A DNA stretch of 64,000 nt from Waddliaceae bacterium (GCA_963771045.1 CAVYRW010000003.1:15-64014); one strand, 5' to 3'. Positions 29,801 through 40,100 are shown, numbered from the stretch's first letter. Translations and numbers: made by a program. Notes: generated from the sequence alone by a model not told the origin.

Positions 29801-29910
29801 GTCGGGTATTGCGAGACGGAGAGATTCAACATGGAAAGAAGTCCGGCGATCACAATGATCAAGGCGACGACCGTTGCAAATATGGGCCTATAGATGAAGA
29901 ACTTCGACAT
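26800..29910 (-). CDS. RND efflux permease (AcrB/MexB, HAE1 family)
   Basis: 1036 aa. 'MSKFFIYRPIFATVVALIIVIAG', 12-TM architecture, 'VVDDAIVVVENVERN'. Confidence 0.9.
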   Translation of the reverse strand: MSKFFIYRPIFATVVALIIVIAGLLSMLNLSVSQYPTITPVQIQVTTTYPGADSKTVGESVAAPIEAEINGVENMLYMTSTSSNTGQMTISVYFSLDTDPDIAQVLVQNRVNLAMPQLPQAVKQFGVSVKKQSSSTLMLVAVYNKDGRYSDEYVNTYANVYILDAIKRVDGAGQAQIFGIPDQAMRIWLNPDRMASLKITTTEIKNAVSGQNALIGAGQIGAQPSIPDQQLTIPVITQLPFTEPHEYENIILRTNQDGTAIVRLGDVARAEVGRKQYIGNNFYNGTQAAAIVVYQQPGANGLDVSNGVRKTLENLKSSLPDGIEYAIALDTTEFVKISIKEVIKTLFIAALLVTFVVYMFLQTFKATLICIAAILVSLIGTFIGMLALGFSINLLTLFAMVLAIGMVVDDAIVVVENVERNLKNISPKEAAVKAMGEVAAPVVAVVLVLSAVFIPAAFIPGTTGQLYKQFAITIVVSVTLSGFTALTLTPAMCGVLLRDEEKGKKGFFGFFNRAFDRMTGWYGSSIEFVIRRKWVFLALLGGMLYGIFHLFSILPSSFIPNEDQGYVFTQVVMPDGASMVRTQETTAKVDALYASNPAVASRTVINGYSLIDSQYLPNMSSMFIAFKGFEERYKNIATAKKENAKAVLLDIYKESQDILTGITIPVAPPAIPGIGSTGGFQFWIQDQGNGNPLDLANILKTFMKKAAEREELSNLRTTYKATSQQLKANLNRPLALLLGVPVQDVYDTLQAQLGSIQVSQYQKYSRTWDVMIQSDAEYRQSPEDINRLYTKSTNGKMVPITGLITMEATMGPDLLPHFNGFPAAQITGGAAAGYSSGQAMAAMEEVAKEILPQGYGFAWSGMAYQEKASGGSSAAAFAFGVLIVFLILAAQFESWSLPGAVMTAVPFGIIGALIATYLRGLDNDIYFQIGLLVLVGLAAKNAILIVEFAVELKEQGKTLLESAVEAGKLRLRPIIMTSLAFIFGIFPLVIAMGAGANARHSIGTGILGGMIGASTLALLYVPLFYLIFEKLGGRKR

Positions 29911-30998
29911 CTACCTTCTCTCCCCCGCTGAGGTTTTGCCCTCCATCTACAACCACCCGATCCCCCGGAAAAAGCCCTTGGTTGATGAACCAGTCCTCCC
30001 CAAACCACATCCCCACCTCAACAGGGCGGAATTCCACCGTATTCTCCTTCGAAACGGTCCACACATAGTGCCCTTTTGCCGATTGAGCCACCGCTTTTTG
30101 GGGGACCAAGATCGCATCGGGGCGGATTAACCCCTTGACCCGCGCCGTCACAAACTGGTTTGGACGGAGGATGCCCTCTGGATTTATGACGCTTGCCCGG
30201 ATGAGGAAGGTTCCCGTTTGGGGATTAAAGTAAGGTTCGGTAAATGTGATCATTCCCGTATGGGGAAAAGGCTTCCCATCGATCAAGATCACTTGGACGG
30301 CATATTCATCGTTTTTGGGCCGAATCAAGGTCCCTTTTTTGAATTCATTGCGAAAAGCCTGCATCTGCATTTCCGAAATGCTGAAATTCACCCAGATAGG
30401 GTCGAGTTGGGATACGGTTGTGAGCAGATTGTTGGTCACATTGAGATATGATCCATCCTGCTCCTTTGCCGAGCTGGTAATCCCATGGAGAGGGGATGTG
30501 ATTGTACAATACGACAGGTTGAGCTTTGCTGTGATCAGATTGGCCTGAGCCTCATGGACTCCGGCGGTAGCCGAGTCGTACTCGCCGATCGCATCGTCGA
30601 GATCTTTCTGCGAGAGGGCATTTAGCTTTGTCAGAGGTTTTGTACGGTCCAAATTGAGTTTTGCCGTCTTTTGGACCGCCTTTTTTGCCTCTAATGCTGC
30701 TTGAGCGGCGGCGACTTGCGCTTTAAAGGGTTTTTTATCCATCAAAAAGAGGATCTGCCCTTCATTGACGATCTCCCCCTCGGTGTAGACCCGTTTTTCG
30801 AGAAAACCGCTGACCCTCGCTTGGATATCGACCTCGCGGGAGCTTTGCGTGCTCGCGACAAAGTCGTAGCTCACTGGCACATCCTGTTTTTCAACAGTAA
30901 CCACCGTGACTTTTCGGGTCTTGTGCTCTTCCGTTCCTTTTTTTTTGTGAACATGAAGACATGAGTACAAATACTAGGACAAAAAATAGTCTCCCCAT
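29888..30998 (-). pseudogene. RND periplasmic adaptor (MFP) lipoprotein; signal peptide separated from the mature part by a frameshift in a T9/A9 run
   Basis: The track ORF 29888-30970 encodes the mature adaptor. ATG 30998 encodes 'MGRLFFVLVFVLMSSC' (lipobox) in another frame. The frames meet at the homopolymer 30938-30946. Confidence 0.75.
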
Positions 30999-31089
30999 AG
31001 CATGGGACTAAACCATAAAAAAGGGGCTTTCGTCAAGAGGAATTCTGCCGATCATTATTCTCGATAGCCGGGACGATTTTCAGGATATT

Positions 31090-31350
31090 TCATTCCCGGC
31101 TGAAGGCGCGGTCCCAAATTTCGGTGATTTCGACCGCCAGGAAGCTGCCGGCCGTCAAGACGGAAAAACCTAAGAATCCGATATATAAATCCCGGGCTGC
31201 CTCATCGGCATCTCCGCCCATAATATCGTAAATGATGCATCCCCAGCTAATGGATGCGGTAAAACAACCAACTGCAAGCAAACCGTTCCTAACGATCGAT
31301 CCGACCTCTGTCGAAAAATGGGGTCTTTGGCTTTCTAAATCAATATTCAT
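31090..31350 (-). CDS. hypothetical small membrane protein
   Basis: 86-aa ORF with two hydrophobic segments. No family recognised. Confidence 0.3.
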   Translation of the reverse strand: MNIDLESQRPHFSTEVGSIVRNGLLAVGCFTASISWGCIIYDIMGGDADEAARDLYIGFLGFSVLTAGSFLAVEITEIWDRAFSRE

Positions 31351-31406
31351 AATGAAAAATATTAATTGACAATTAACAATTAATTATAATATAATTTTCT
31401 TTTATT

Positions 31407-32609
31407 ATGAATAAAAAACTGCTTCCAATACTATTAATTCTGTCTCTTATCGGTTGCTGCATCGAGGTCGATATCTCGGTTCCAGGATTTCCCGATATGG
31501 CCCGGTATTTCGGCACGTCAGAGGATATGATTCAATGGACGCTCAGCCTCAACTTCTTAGGATTTTGCCTCTCCAGCCTCATTTGGGGCCCCCTCTCCGA
31601 GAGTTTCGGAAGGAGGAGGATGCTCATCCTCGGAAACATCCTTTTCACACTGGGAGGTCTAGGATGCGCCCTTGGGCAGTCCATAGACTGGATTATCGCC
31701 TGCCGCTTTTTTCAGGGGTTCGGAGCCAGCGCCACCTCGATTATCGCCATCGCCATGGTCGCCGATACCTACCAGGGGGAAAAGGCGGCCCGGTTCAACG
31801 GCATTTTAAACTCGATCATCACAGCCTCAATGGCCATAGCCCCTGTCGCCGGCGGTTTCATCAACCACTATCTCGGCTGGAGAGCCAATTACTCTTCCGT
31901 AGCGCTAATCAGCTTGACCACCCTCATTTTGATCTCCCTCTTCATCCCTGAAACCAAACCCGATTTCGATCCCTGGAGGCCTAAAAAAACGGCGGGCCAA
32001 TACCTCACCCTATTCACCAGCAGGAAATTTATGACCTACTCCTTCATTCCGAGCATCATTGTTTCCGGCTACCTCGCTTTTTTAGGGTGCGGCTCCTTCC
32101 TCTACATCGACCAGATCGGGACCTCGGTCATCCAATACTCGCTTTATCAAGGCTTCGTTGTCGCTTCCTTCTCCCTCGTCAGCTTCTTTTCTGGAAGAAT
32201 CCTCAAGATCATCGGCAGCAAAACCTCCGTCATCGCCGGCGCCCTGCTGACGACGCTATCGGCAGCCGCCCTTGTCCTGCAATCTTTCGCCTATCCCGGC
32301 TCCGCGGCGCTGATTACCCTTTTCATGTCCGTATACAGCGTCGGTTCCGCGCTCATTTACACCTCGGTCTTTACCGATTCCATGGAAATTTTCCCCGAAA
32401 TGAAAGGACTCTCGTCATCGGCTCTGATGTTCATGAGGATGTTTATGTGCTCGGCGACCATGTGGCTGATCAGCGTCATCTACAACGGATCGCTTTTTCC
32501 GATCGCATGCGCCATCCTGTCGCTTGCCCTCATCGGCTCTTTCCTGATATCGGGAATGTATCGGTTGGAGGCGAAAGAACCAGCCGAGAATGTCATCTGC
32601 GGCGGGTAA
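31407..32609 (+). CDS. MFS drug/H+ antiporter (Bcr/CflA-like, DHA1)
   Basis: 12-TM pattern, 'WGPLSESFGRRRMLILG' (MFS motif A), 'FQGFGASA'. Confidence 0.8.
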   Translation: MNKKLLPILLILSLIGCCIEVDISVPGFPDMARYFGTSEDMIQWTLSLNFLGFCLSSLIWGPLSESFGRRRMLILGNILFTLGGLGCALGQSIDWIIACRFFQGFGASATSIIAIAMVADTYQGEKAARFNGILNSIITASMAIAPVAGGFINHYLGWRANYSSVALISLTTLILISLFIPETKPDFDPWRPKKTAGQYLTLFTSRKFMTYSFIPSIIVSGYLAFLGCGSFLYIDQIGTSVIQYSLYQGFVVASFSLVSFFSGRILKIIGSKTSVIAGALLTTLSAAALVLQSFAYPGSAALITLFMSVYSVGSALIYTSVFTDSMEIFPEMKGLSSSALMFMRMFMCSATMWLISVIYNGSLFPIACAILSLALIGSFLISGMYRLEAKEPAENVICGG

Positions 32610-32655
32610 AGGCCGCCCGAAGGGGCCTGTCATGCTTGAGGATGATCCCGCCGAA

Positions 32656-33047
32656 GTATAGGAAAATCAAGCATGTCTAAGGCCTTATCCCTATCTGTAT
32701 AGCGAGACAGGTGGGCTTAAATTCCTTTATTTTTGAGCGATAATTAGCCTCAAATTGTCAATTTGAGGTTTTCTTCCAGATTTTTGGCAGAGATATGTCT
32801 GATTTGGGTGCGAATGAGAGCAAAAGGTATCGAGTCCCTTCTGGAGCGATTATCGTATTTGGTTCAATCTTCCCAAAAAGGCGGGTCGATGTTGTCTGTC
32901 CAATGGGGCGGATCTATGGTGGAGGATCCGGGCCCCATTCTCCTAAGAGTTCGATCTTCTACTGGGGAAAACCCATCCTCTGTCCAGGGCAGAAGTTGGC
33001 AGATGTTCATTTCAGGGGGAGGGTAGGGCGGATCGAACTTCTGGATC
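32656..33047 (-). mobile_element. IS91-like 3' tail fragment (end of tnp plus terminal hairpin)
   Basis: Homologous to 35206-35600. Perfect hairpin CCTCAAATTG-T-CAATTTGAGG at 32748-32768. Confidence 0.7.
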
Positions 33048-33240
33048 TCGCTCGTAACGCTTTTTAGAAGCTGCGAAACCTAAATACCTTCGTTCTAGAA
33101 AAACCTTCCGTTTATCGATTCTATTTTTCTGACAATATGAAACTGGAAAGCTGTCTATAGCAAAACCCTGATCTTTATTTATTTGCTTAAAAAATAGAGC
33201 TAAAAAACGGAAAGTGGCGTTCCAACAAATCCAAGGAATT

Positions 33241-33471
33241 TTATGAATTCGGCAATTTAGCCCGGCTATTGCTTAAAATAGCTCTGAATAATCGTAATCT
33301 TTTACATAAATATCTGGACATTTTATAGTTACAAGAAAAATATTTTGCTGATAAAAAAGCAAAAGTTATCACTTCTGCGTTGGACATTTGAGATTGAGGA
33401 TCGTCTTTAATCCCCAAAATTTGAAGGATTTCTTCGCTGATGACATAAACTGTTGTTGCGTAAGTTTCCAT
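33241..33471 (-). pseudogene. transposase N-terminal fragment (IS982-like?)
   Basis: 'DDPQSQMSNAEVITFAFLSAKYFSCNYKMSRYL...ILSNSR' resembles N-termini of IS982/IS4-type transposases. Truncated, and the family is uncertain. Confidence 0.3.
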
Positions 33472-33517
33472 GATGCCCCCTTTTTTTGGCTAAGGAAGTA
33501 TCATAGAGACTGTTGTC

Positions 33518-33624
33518 GTTAAAATCTTTCATTGAATTCATCTTCTAAGCCTCGATTATCGGCAAGGGATTACCCTTGCCTTCAAATCGAGTCTACGCAT
33601 CTGAATCCAACGAAAGACTTTAAC
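33518..33624. repeat. 107-nt imperfect palindrome upstream of the transposase fragment
   Basis: The arms GTTAAAATCTTTCATTGAATTCA...GGCAAGGG and CCCTTGCC...TGAATCCAACGAAAGACTTTAAC are roughly three-quarters complementary. Confidence 0.6.
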
Positions 33625-33735
33625 AACAAGTTTAGGTAGCAATCAGGGTTATAGTAGATTTTCTTGTGCTAAAAACATACAGGATTTATTATTCCGTCAT
33701 AAATGACATGAAAATTCAAAAATATAGGAAAAATC

Positions 33736-34635
33736 ATGAACCTGAGCGGCATCGATACCACACAATATAAGATTTTTGAAGGTGATCACATCCTAAGCGA
33801 AAATAGTGATGATAACAAAAATATCATCGTAAAGGGGATGGCCCTGGCGGGAAAATTAGGAAAGGTTATTGTACGAGATAGTATTCTGAATCATGTTAAA
33901 GGTATGCTTGAAGTGCATCTAACCTCAACTGCGGCAAGTGTTGTCGATTCTTACGGGGCAGTGATGTGGTCAGGATGGCATGAGAATTGCTCATATTCAC
34001 TTAAGCCGCTCATATACGCGAATGAGAGTATATCTTTAACCAACATCAAAGCAAAATATGTTAAATGTTTCAAAGGAAAAGTTCAAATAATAAATGGAAG
34101 CGCTGACTTAGTTGTCGCTGGTACGAATATTACATTAAAAAATACTAAAGCCATTGACTGTGAAGCGAGTAAGGGTTACTTGGAAGCACAAAATTCCACA
34201 TTGAAGAATGTCAAAGCTAGATTTGGCGCTACTTTAGTCGATTCAATCGCAGAGGAAGTTTTGGTGGAACATGGGGCTCTGCATGTTACTTGGAACAAAT
34301 CTGAATCGTATCAATTTCTCTCTTTAGAAGCCGAAGCGGGTGTGGAGTTAGATGGCGTTACTGCAAGGTTTGTTAGCGTGGCTAATCATAGTGCGAAACT
34401 TAAAAACTCAAAAATTACCGGAGAAGTTGCCTGTAAACAAGAATTTTCCTCTCAAAATAGTCGTATTGAAAAGCTGTTTCTACAGGTGGATTCAAAAATG
34501 CCTGGAAAGATAACCCTACACGAAAGTTCAATTAAATCATTGATAATTGTAAAAATTAAACCGAGAAAAAACACCGCTTCTTTCTTCTCTTTTTCCATCA
34601 GTGAGCCGTGCCGTCAATCTAGGCTCAGTGGTTAA
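33736..34635 (+). CDS. hypothetical protein with degenerate ~20-aa repeats (beta-helix-like?)
   Basis: Recurrent 'N.K/T...V.A..G' periodicity. No family recognised. Confidence 0.4.
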   Translation: MNLSGIDTTQYKIFEGDHILSENSDDNKNIIVKGMALAGKLGKVIVRDSILNHVKGMLEVHLTSTAASVVDSYGAVMWSGWHENCSYSLKPLIYANESISLTNIKAKYVKCFKGKVQIINGSADLVVAGTNITLKNTKAIDCEASKGYLEAQNSTLKNVKARFGATLVDSIAEEVLVEHGALHVTWNKSESYQFLSLEAEAGVELDGVTARFVSVANHSAKLKNSKITGEVACKQEFSSQNSRIEKLFLQVDSKMPGKITLHESSIKSLIIVKIKPRKNTASFFSFSISEPCRQSRLSG

Positions 34636-35122
34636 GCGTGATGAGATTAATATAGAAGGTGCTAAAATCGATGGCGATAAGCCTCTGCCGGATGAATATG
34701 CAAAATTAGCAGATCTCTTAGGTGGGAAAAAGGAGATTTCAATAAATGGGCATGTATTTTTAAAAGATATTCAAAGTGGTCAATATCTGCCTTTTAAAGC
34801 CGGAAGGCAACTAAAGGAGATGACCTTAGATGAACTTGAAAATGAAATTTATGGCATAGTCGGGTCAGTAGATGGAACTATAAACTATAATGGTGGGAAA
34901 TTTCGTATCTCGCATGGAAAGTTTGAATGTCTTCAACCCCCTTCTGGTGTTAAACTAGTCTCTTCAAAATCAAAAGCAACAAGCAAAACTGAAGTTACCC
35001 TTGAAATTGAGGGAAGATCCATAGAAAATATTGTTTTTGATAATAATTGTATAGGTAAGATTAAACTGCTAGGAAATGCTACAATACTTGGGAAAATCAC
35101 AGATGGTGAAATCATATCATAA
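34601..35122 (+). CDS. hypothetical protein, either a separate gene or the frameshifted continuation of 33736-34635
   Basis: Overlaps the upstream ORF by 35 nt in another frame. GTG start. Confidence 0.35.
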   Translation: MSRAVNLGSVVKRDEINIEGAKIDGDKPLPDEYAKLADLLGGKKEISINGHVFLKDIQSGQYLPFKAGRQLKEMTLDELENEIYGIVGSVDGTINYNGGKFRISHGKFECLQPPSGVKLVSSKSKATSKTEVTLEIEGRSIENIVFDNNCIGKIKLLGNATILGKITDGEIIS

Positions 35123-35205
35123 AGTTAACGGCTAAGCCTTTTTTTAAAATCTATAACAATCTAACATCAACTTTGCCAACAGTTAACTTTTCACCCCGTG
35201 ATTAA

Positions 35206-36165
35206 GTATAGGAAAATCAAGCATGTCTAAGGCCTTATCCCTATCTGTATAGACGAGACAGGTGGGCTTAAATTCCTTTATTTTTGAGCAATAATTAACC
35301 TCAAATTGTCAATTTGAGGTTTTCTTCCAGATTTTTGGCAGAGATATGTCTGATTTGGGGGCGAATTAGAGCAAGAGGTATCGAGCCTCATCTGAAGCGA
35401 TTATCGTATTTGGTTCAATCTTCCCAAAAAGGGGGGTCGATATTGTCTGTCCAGAAGGTGGATCTATGAGTGGAGGATCCGGGCCCCATTCTTCCAGAGT
35501 TCGATTTCCTACTGGGGAAAACCCATCCTCAGTCCATGGCAGAAGTTGGCAGATGTTCATTTCAGGGTTAGGGTAGGGCGGATCGAACTTCTGGATATCG
35601 GCCCAGCAGCCTATTCGTTTTAATATGCGTCTGATTTCAGCTGTATGGATGACAAATGAGGTAATTTTAATTTTATTGCCACATTCACAAAGCAACGGAT
35701 CGGTTTTGTAAATACGTGCTATGAGCTTTGCCCAGTCGAATGAGACCTTTATAACCTTCTTTGAAGACTCTTGTAAATTTTTCTGGATGTTGAATTCAGG
35801 GCGTTTTTGAGTGCTGGCAGCCACCTTTTTTCTTAACGGGGAATTAGGAGCAAAAACTTCATGATAATGGCGGAGATGTCGGCGGGGATAGGAGGAATGA
35901 ATCGGGAAATCCTCTCGATAAATTCCAGGGGTTCTATCTGCACAAAGGTTTTTCCGGTGTGGGTGGGTTTAGGAAGGCGATAATGAATCCAAGGGCCATT
36001 CCATCGCAAATTCTCTCTCGCAAAGCAAGGACGAGCACAGTATCTTATCAGGCGCTCTAAACCTTTGCGGTCCCAAGAGGGCACTCTTACTTTAGCATCG
36101 AGTGAAAAGCCGCTGTTTTCATTAGAGAGCATCCGTTTTATCGTCTGCTTGCCGATCACGAAAAC
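35206..36165 (-). mobile_element. IS91-like element, 3' half (transposase C-terminal half, frameshifted, plus terminal hairpin)
   Basis: 'GFSLDAKVRV..DRKGLERLIRYCARPCFARENL' and 'WAKLIARIYKTDPLLCECGNKIKITSFV' are in two frames, with the break at about 35870. Hairpin at 35299-35319. Confidence 0.75.
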
Positions 36166-36169
36166 GATC

Positions 36170-36931
36170 CTTGACCGCAAATCAAAAGGGGCTATTAGCT
36201 GGTGCCGTACTCACTTTCCCAATCCGGCAGCAGCTCAAAATGCTTCCATGGGGACAGCTGAATTTGAAGAATTTGTCTTTAGAGCCGGTTTTTTGCACCA
36301 TGATAATCCCATTGGGAGTTGGAAGGCTTTGGGAAAAGCGCATCAAAGGGCTATTGATTATCTTTCAGAAAAAGAAAGTTTGCATTTCAAAAATGGCAAC
36401 GGTACGGATTTAAGAGTCAATATATCCGGAATGAAGTGGGTTAACCTATGCGGCACCATTAATTTTCCCGATGGCGAGATTTACACCGGTCCGAATTTAG
36501 ATGCCTCGGATGGAGTGGTCAAATACGATTTTCCAACAGTTTATCGTGGCGTGGAAGTGGACGGAATCGAATTGACCTTTGAAAAGGGATCGGTGGTCAA
36601 TGCCAAAGCGGCTCGCGGTGAAAAATTTTTGCTTCAAATGATCGAACAAGATCAGGGGGCTAAGTATGTCGGTGAAATCGCCTTAGGAACAAACTTTTGT
36701 GTCAGTACCGGTGTTAAGGATATCCTTTTTGATGAGAAAATCGGCGGGACTTTTCATACAGCCTTAGGCATGGGCTACCCTGAAACAGGAAACAAAAATC
36801 AGTCGGCCTTGCATTGGGATCTTGTATGCAACCTTAGAAACGACGGCGTTATTTATGCCGACGAAGAAAAAATCTTCGAAAATGGAAAATTTCTTTTAAA
36901 CGGGTGGCCAAATAAATATGATTTTTTTTGA
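36170..36931 (+). pseudogene. M29-family aminopeptidase (AmpS/PepS-like), 5'-truncated by the IS91 fragment
   Basis: 'FPDGEIYTGP', 'GEIALGTN', 'FDEKIGGTFHTALG', 'HWDLV'. The N-terminal third is missing. Confidence 0.7.
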
Positions 36932-36943
36932 TTAGATTCAAAA

Positions 36944-37126
36944 TTGCCTGCCTGCATTGAAAGCGCTGCGTTTTTCAAAGAAAAGATGCCCGAACTTCAT
37001 GTTATAGCAGCTGGTTCTTTTCTAGAATTTGTACTCGAAGATGACAAAGAAATTTCTTTAAGCAAGTTTTTTCGATTCCTTTTTACCTCATCAGCCAGAT
37101 TGAAAGAATTTTAGGAGAGGTTAAAT
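36944..37126 (+). pseudogene. internally deleted remnant of the AAA+ ATPase gene (compare 48051-49385)
   Basis: 36944-37060 matches 48327-48445 and 37061-37126 matches 49321-49385, joined directly. Confidence 0.8.
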
Positions 37127-37183
37127 AGAAGTTAATACTCAGCGGAAACACCTGACATTTTTTTGTTAAGGTGTTGATCAATA

Positions 37184-40100
37184 ATGCGAATCCAAGTACA
37201 CTCCCCTTTTTTTAAAAGGACTCATGTATTGCGATTGTTTTTTCTTATCTGCTGTTTGAGTTGGATCTCCCTTTTCGCTGGAGATGACTCCGAGGATTTG
37301 ACACCATCATCTCCATTCGAAATTTCCGATTTGTCTTGCGGCAGAGAGTTTCTTGTCGGGGGATTCATCAACCCTTTAAGCGGGCAGATCTGCATCCATA
37401 AAACCGATCTTATTGCCAAAGGCGCTCAAGATATTGTCGTTAACAGAACGTATATACCTCCCTTTCTTCCAGCAAGATGCGACAAAAATCCCGATCGAGA
37501 TAAAGCGATGAGATATAAGCATCTTTGGGGAAATTACAGAGGGTTTGCGACGCTTCCCCATCTTTCATTGAAGACGAAATCGAACGGCAGAATACAGGTC
37601 GTCTCTCAAAACGGCTCTCTTTTAGATTTCAAAAAGACAAACAGCGGAGACTATGTTTTAGATAATCCGTCCTATGGAATAAGCAATTATGCTGCCGGCA
37701 AGCCCGGAGGGCAGTTTGATGTCAGAAATATCAGGGTCAATCGCTCGGATAATATGGTTACCATTCATTTTCCCGATGGCAGCCGGCGAATTTATACCAA
37801 ACTGATCTGTCATTCCTATTGTCTTGACAAAGAAATTCTGCCTAGTGGAAAGGTGATCAAATATCATTATCAAAATGGCGATATCAGACTGATTGAGAGC
37901 ACGGACCCCATGGAAAAGCACGTCTATGCCTCAGTTGAGATCAAAGGATCCAAGGAGCTGGGAAAGCAGGAATTTTTAGCTTCTAGCGGCGCTTTTGCAA
38001 AATATTCTTACGAAACAAGAATGCTCCAAGCGGAATGGAAGGAAAATGGGGGCCGTTTTAAACAAGAACTGCTTTCCAAACCCTATTTAACGGTTGCCGA
38101 AGGCACATTTTTTGACAAAGAATCTTTTTCGTATACCCATGATTTGTTTCTGTCAGAATGCAAAAGTTTAAGCCACCCCTTTAAAAGTTTGATCGGGATC
38201 ACCAAAACCCGCGATAACAAGTATCACTACCGCGTGAAAAATCTCATTTTTGACACTTCAGATGACGCATCATTTAAGGGGGTGGAAAACATTGAGTACA
38301 CTCCCCCCCTTCCCGGAAGGAGAAATGGAGAAACCATCGTCCAATATCAGGACGGAGCAAAAATCGTTTACAGTTATACCGATCAACTGCTTCCCGAGTC
38401 GGTAAAATCATTTCAACCCGACGGCTCTCTTAAGAAAACAAAAATCTATGTCTGGGATGAAAACAATCGATTATCATGTGTTCAGTTATTCGAAGGTGCC
38501 GACGAGCTACTCTACAAAAAATGCTATGAATACGATGATTTTGGAAATCCAACCCTCGAAACCATCACCGGAAAGACAGAATCTTACTGCATAAGAAGGG
38601 AATTTTCTCAGGATGGGATGAATTTGCTTCTTAAAGAGCAAGAAGAAAGCGGAAAAGAAGTCGTTTATACTTATCTTGCAGGAACCAACCTTCCCACTTC
38701 AAAGCTAACTTTTGAAAATGACACTAATTTCCAAAGGGAGTATTGGGAGTATGACGATTGCCATAATTTGATCCGCAAAATCATCGATGACGGAAGTTCT
38801 CCCGGCACTGAACGACGTATGACCACTTATACTCTTCGCAAAGAAGCTCCGTATCTCCATATGCCCGAATGGATCGAGGAAAAATATCTTCAGGGAGAAG
38901 ATGAAAAAACTCTGAGAAAAATCCATTTGGCCTATGACTCTTATGGCAACGTATCTCAAGAAGATATCTATGATTCGGACGGAAATTTCCGCTATTCAAT
39001 CTTCAAGGAATACGACAAACAAGGAAATTTACTTTCCGAAACCAACGCTTTAGGTCAATCCGCTTATTATGGGTATGATAAAACTGGAAACCTGCTTTCA
39101 GAAACATCATTTTCGGGAAAGTTCAAAAAGGGATATACGTATGACTTCAGGGGCCGCCGCTTAACTGAAACACACAACGGATCCAAAGGCGAACTGAAAA
39201 CCTTTTCATACGAATATGACAATTATGATCAACTCATACAGAAGACGGAAAACGAGACAAATATCACGCGATATGCCTTTGACTCCGTTGTATTAAAACC
39301 AACAACCATCCAGTATCCTTCAATTTCCGGATCAGACGTAAAAATTTCCAGAACATACGATGCTTTAGGACGCGAAATAGCCATAACCGACCCTGAAGGC
39401 TATACCACGCTTACCATACGAAACCTCTACGGCTTGCCTCTGCAAATCATACACCCTGACGGAACTCAAGAGAAATTCTGCTATTCAAAAGGTGGATATC
39501 TCATAGAATACCTCGACCAGGAAGGCAAGAAAACCGTTTACGATCGAGACATCCTTGGCAGAGTCTTGAAAAAGACATTATTTACTCCTTCGAATGAAGA
39601 AATCGGCTCCGAAACTTTTGTCTATAATACGTTTCATCTCCTGCAAGAAACCGACTTAGAGGGGTATACCACTTCCTATTTCTACGATGGAGCCGGCCGC
39701 AAAATCAAAGAGGAAAGAGAAGGGAGGATCACAGAATATTCCTATGACTCTCTCGGAAGGCTTGCAGCTATAAAAAAGAACACCCTTTTACACCACACCG
39801 AATATGATCTTCTCGATAGGGTCATTCAAGAGGCCAAAACCGATTTGAAAGGATCAGTTCTTTACCGGGTCGACTATGAATATGATGAGGATGGGAATCG
39901 CAGTGCAGTCACCAAGAACAATCAATCAGAGTATTTTTCCTACGATGCTTTCGGTCGAATTATCAACCATAGGGACTATGAAGGCAACAGCACCGCATTT
40001 AGCTTTGACGATTGGCATTTAAACGCATTGGGTAATCATGTTTTAAGAAAAACGGCCGTTGATCCCCTGGGCAAAACGACAGTATCGGTTTACGATCCCT

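Noticed and set aside
26906-30964. Numerous plus-strand ORFs within 26906-30964
   Set aside because: They are antisense to the RND pump and adaptor genes and are a GC-rich codon-bias artefact.
31454-32680. Arg/His/Pro-rich ORFs 31454-31951 and 32087-32680 overlapping the MFS gene
   Set aside because: They are off-frame translations of a GC-rich membrane-protein gene. The MFS frame has clear family motifs.
32763-33067. Plus-strand ORFs 32763-33067 and 44443-44755
   Set aside because: They are antisense to the IS91 transposase C-terminal coding region, which is recognisable on the minus strand (…ILKRIGC.ADIQKFDPPYP…).
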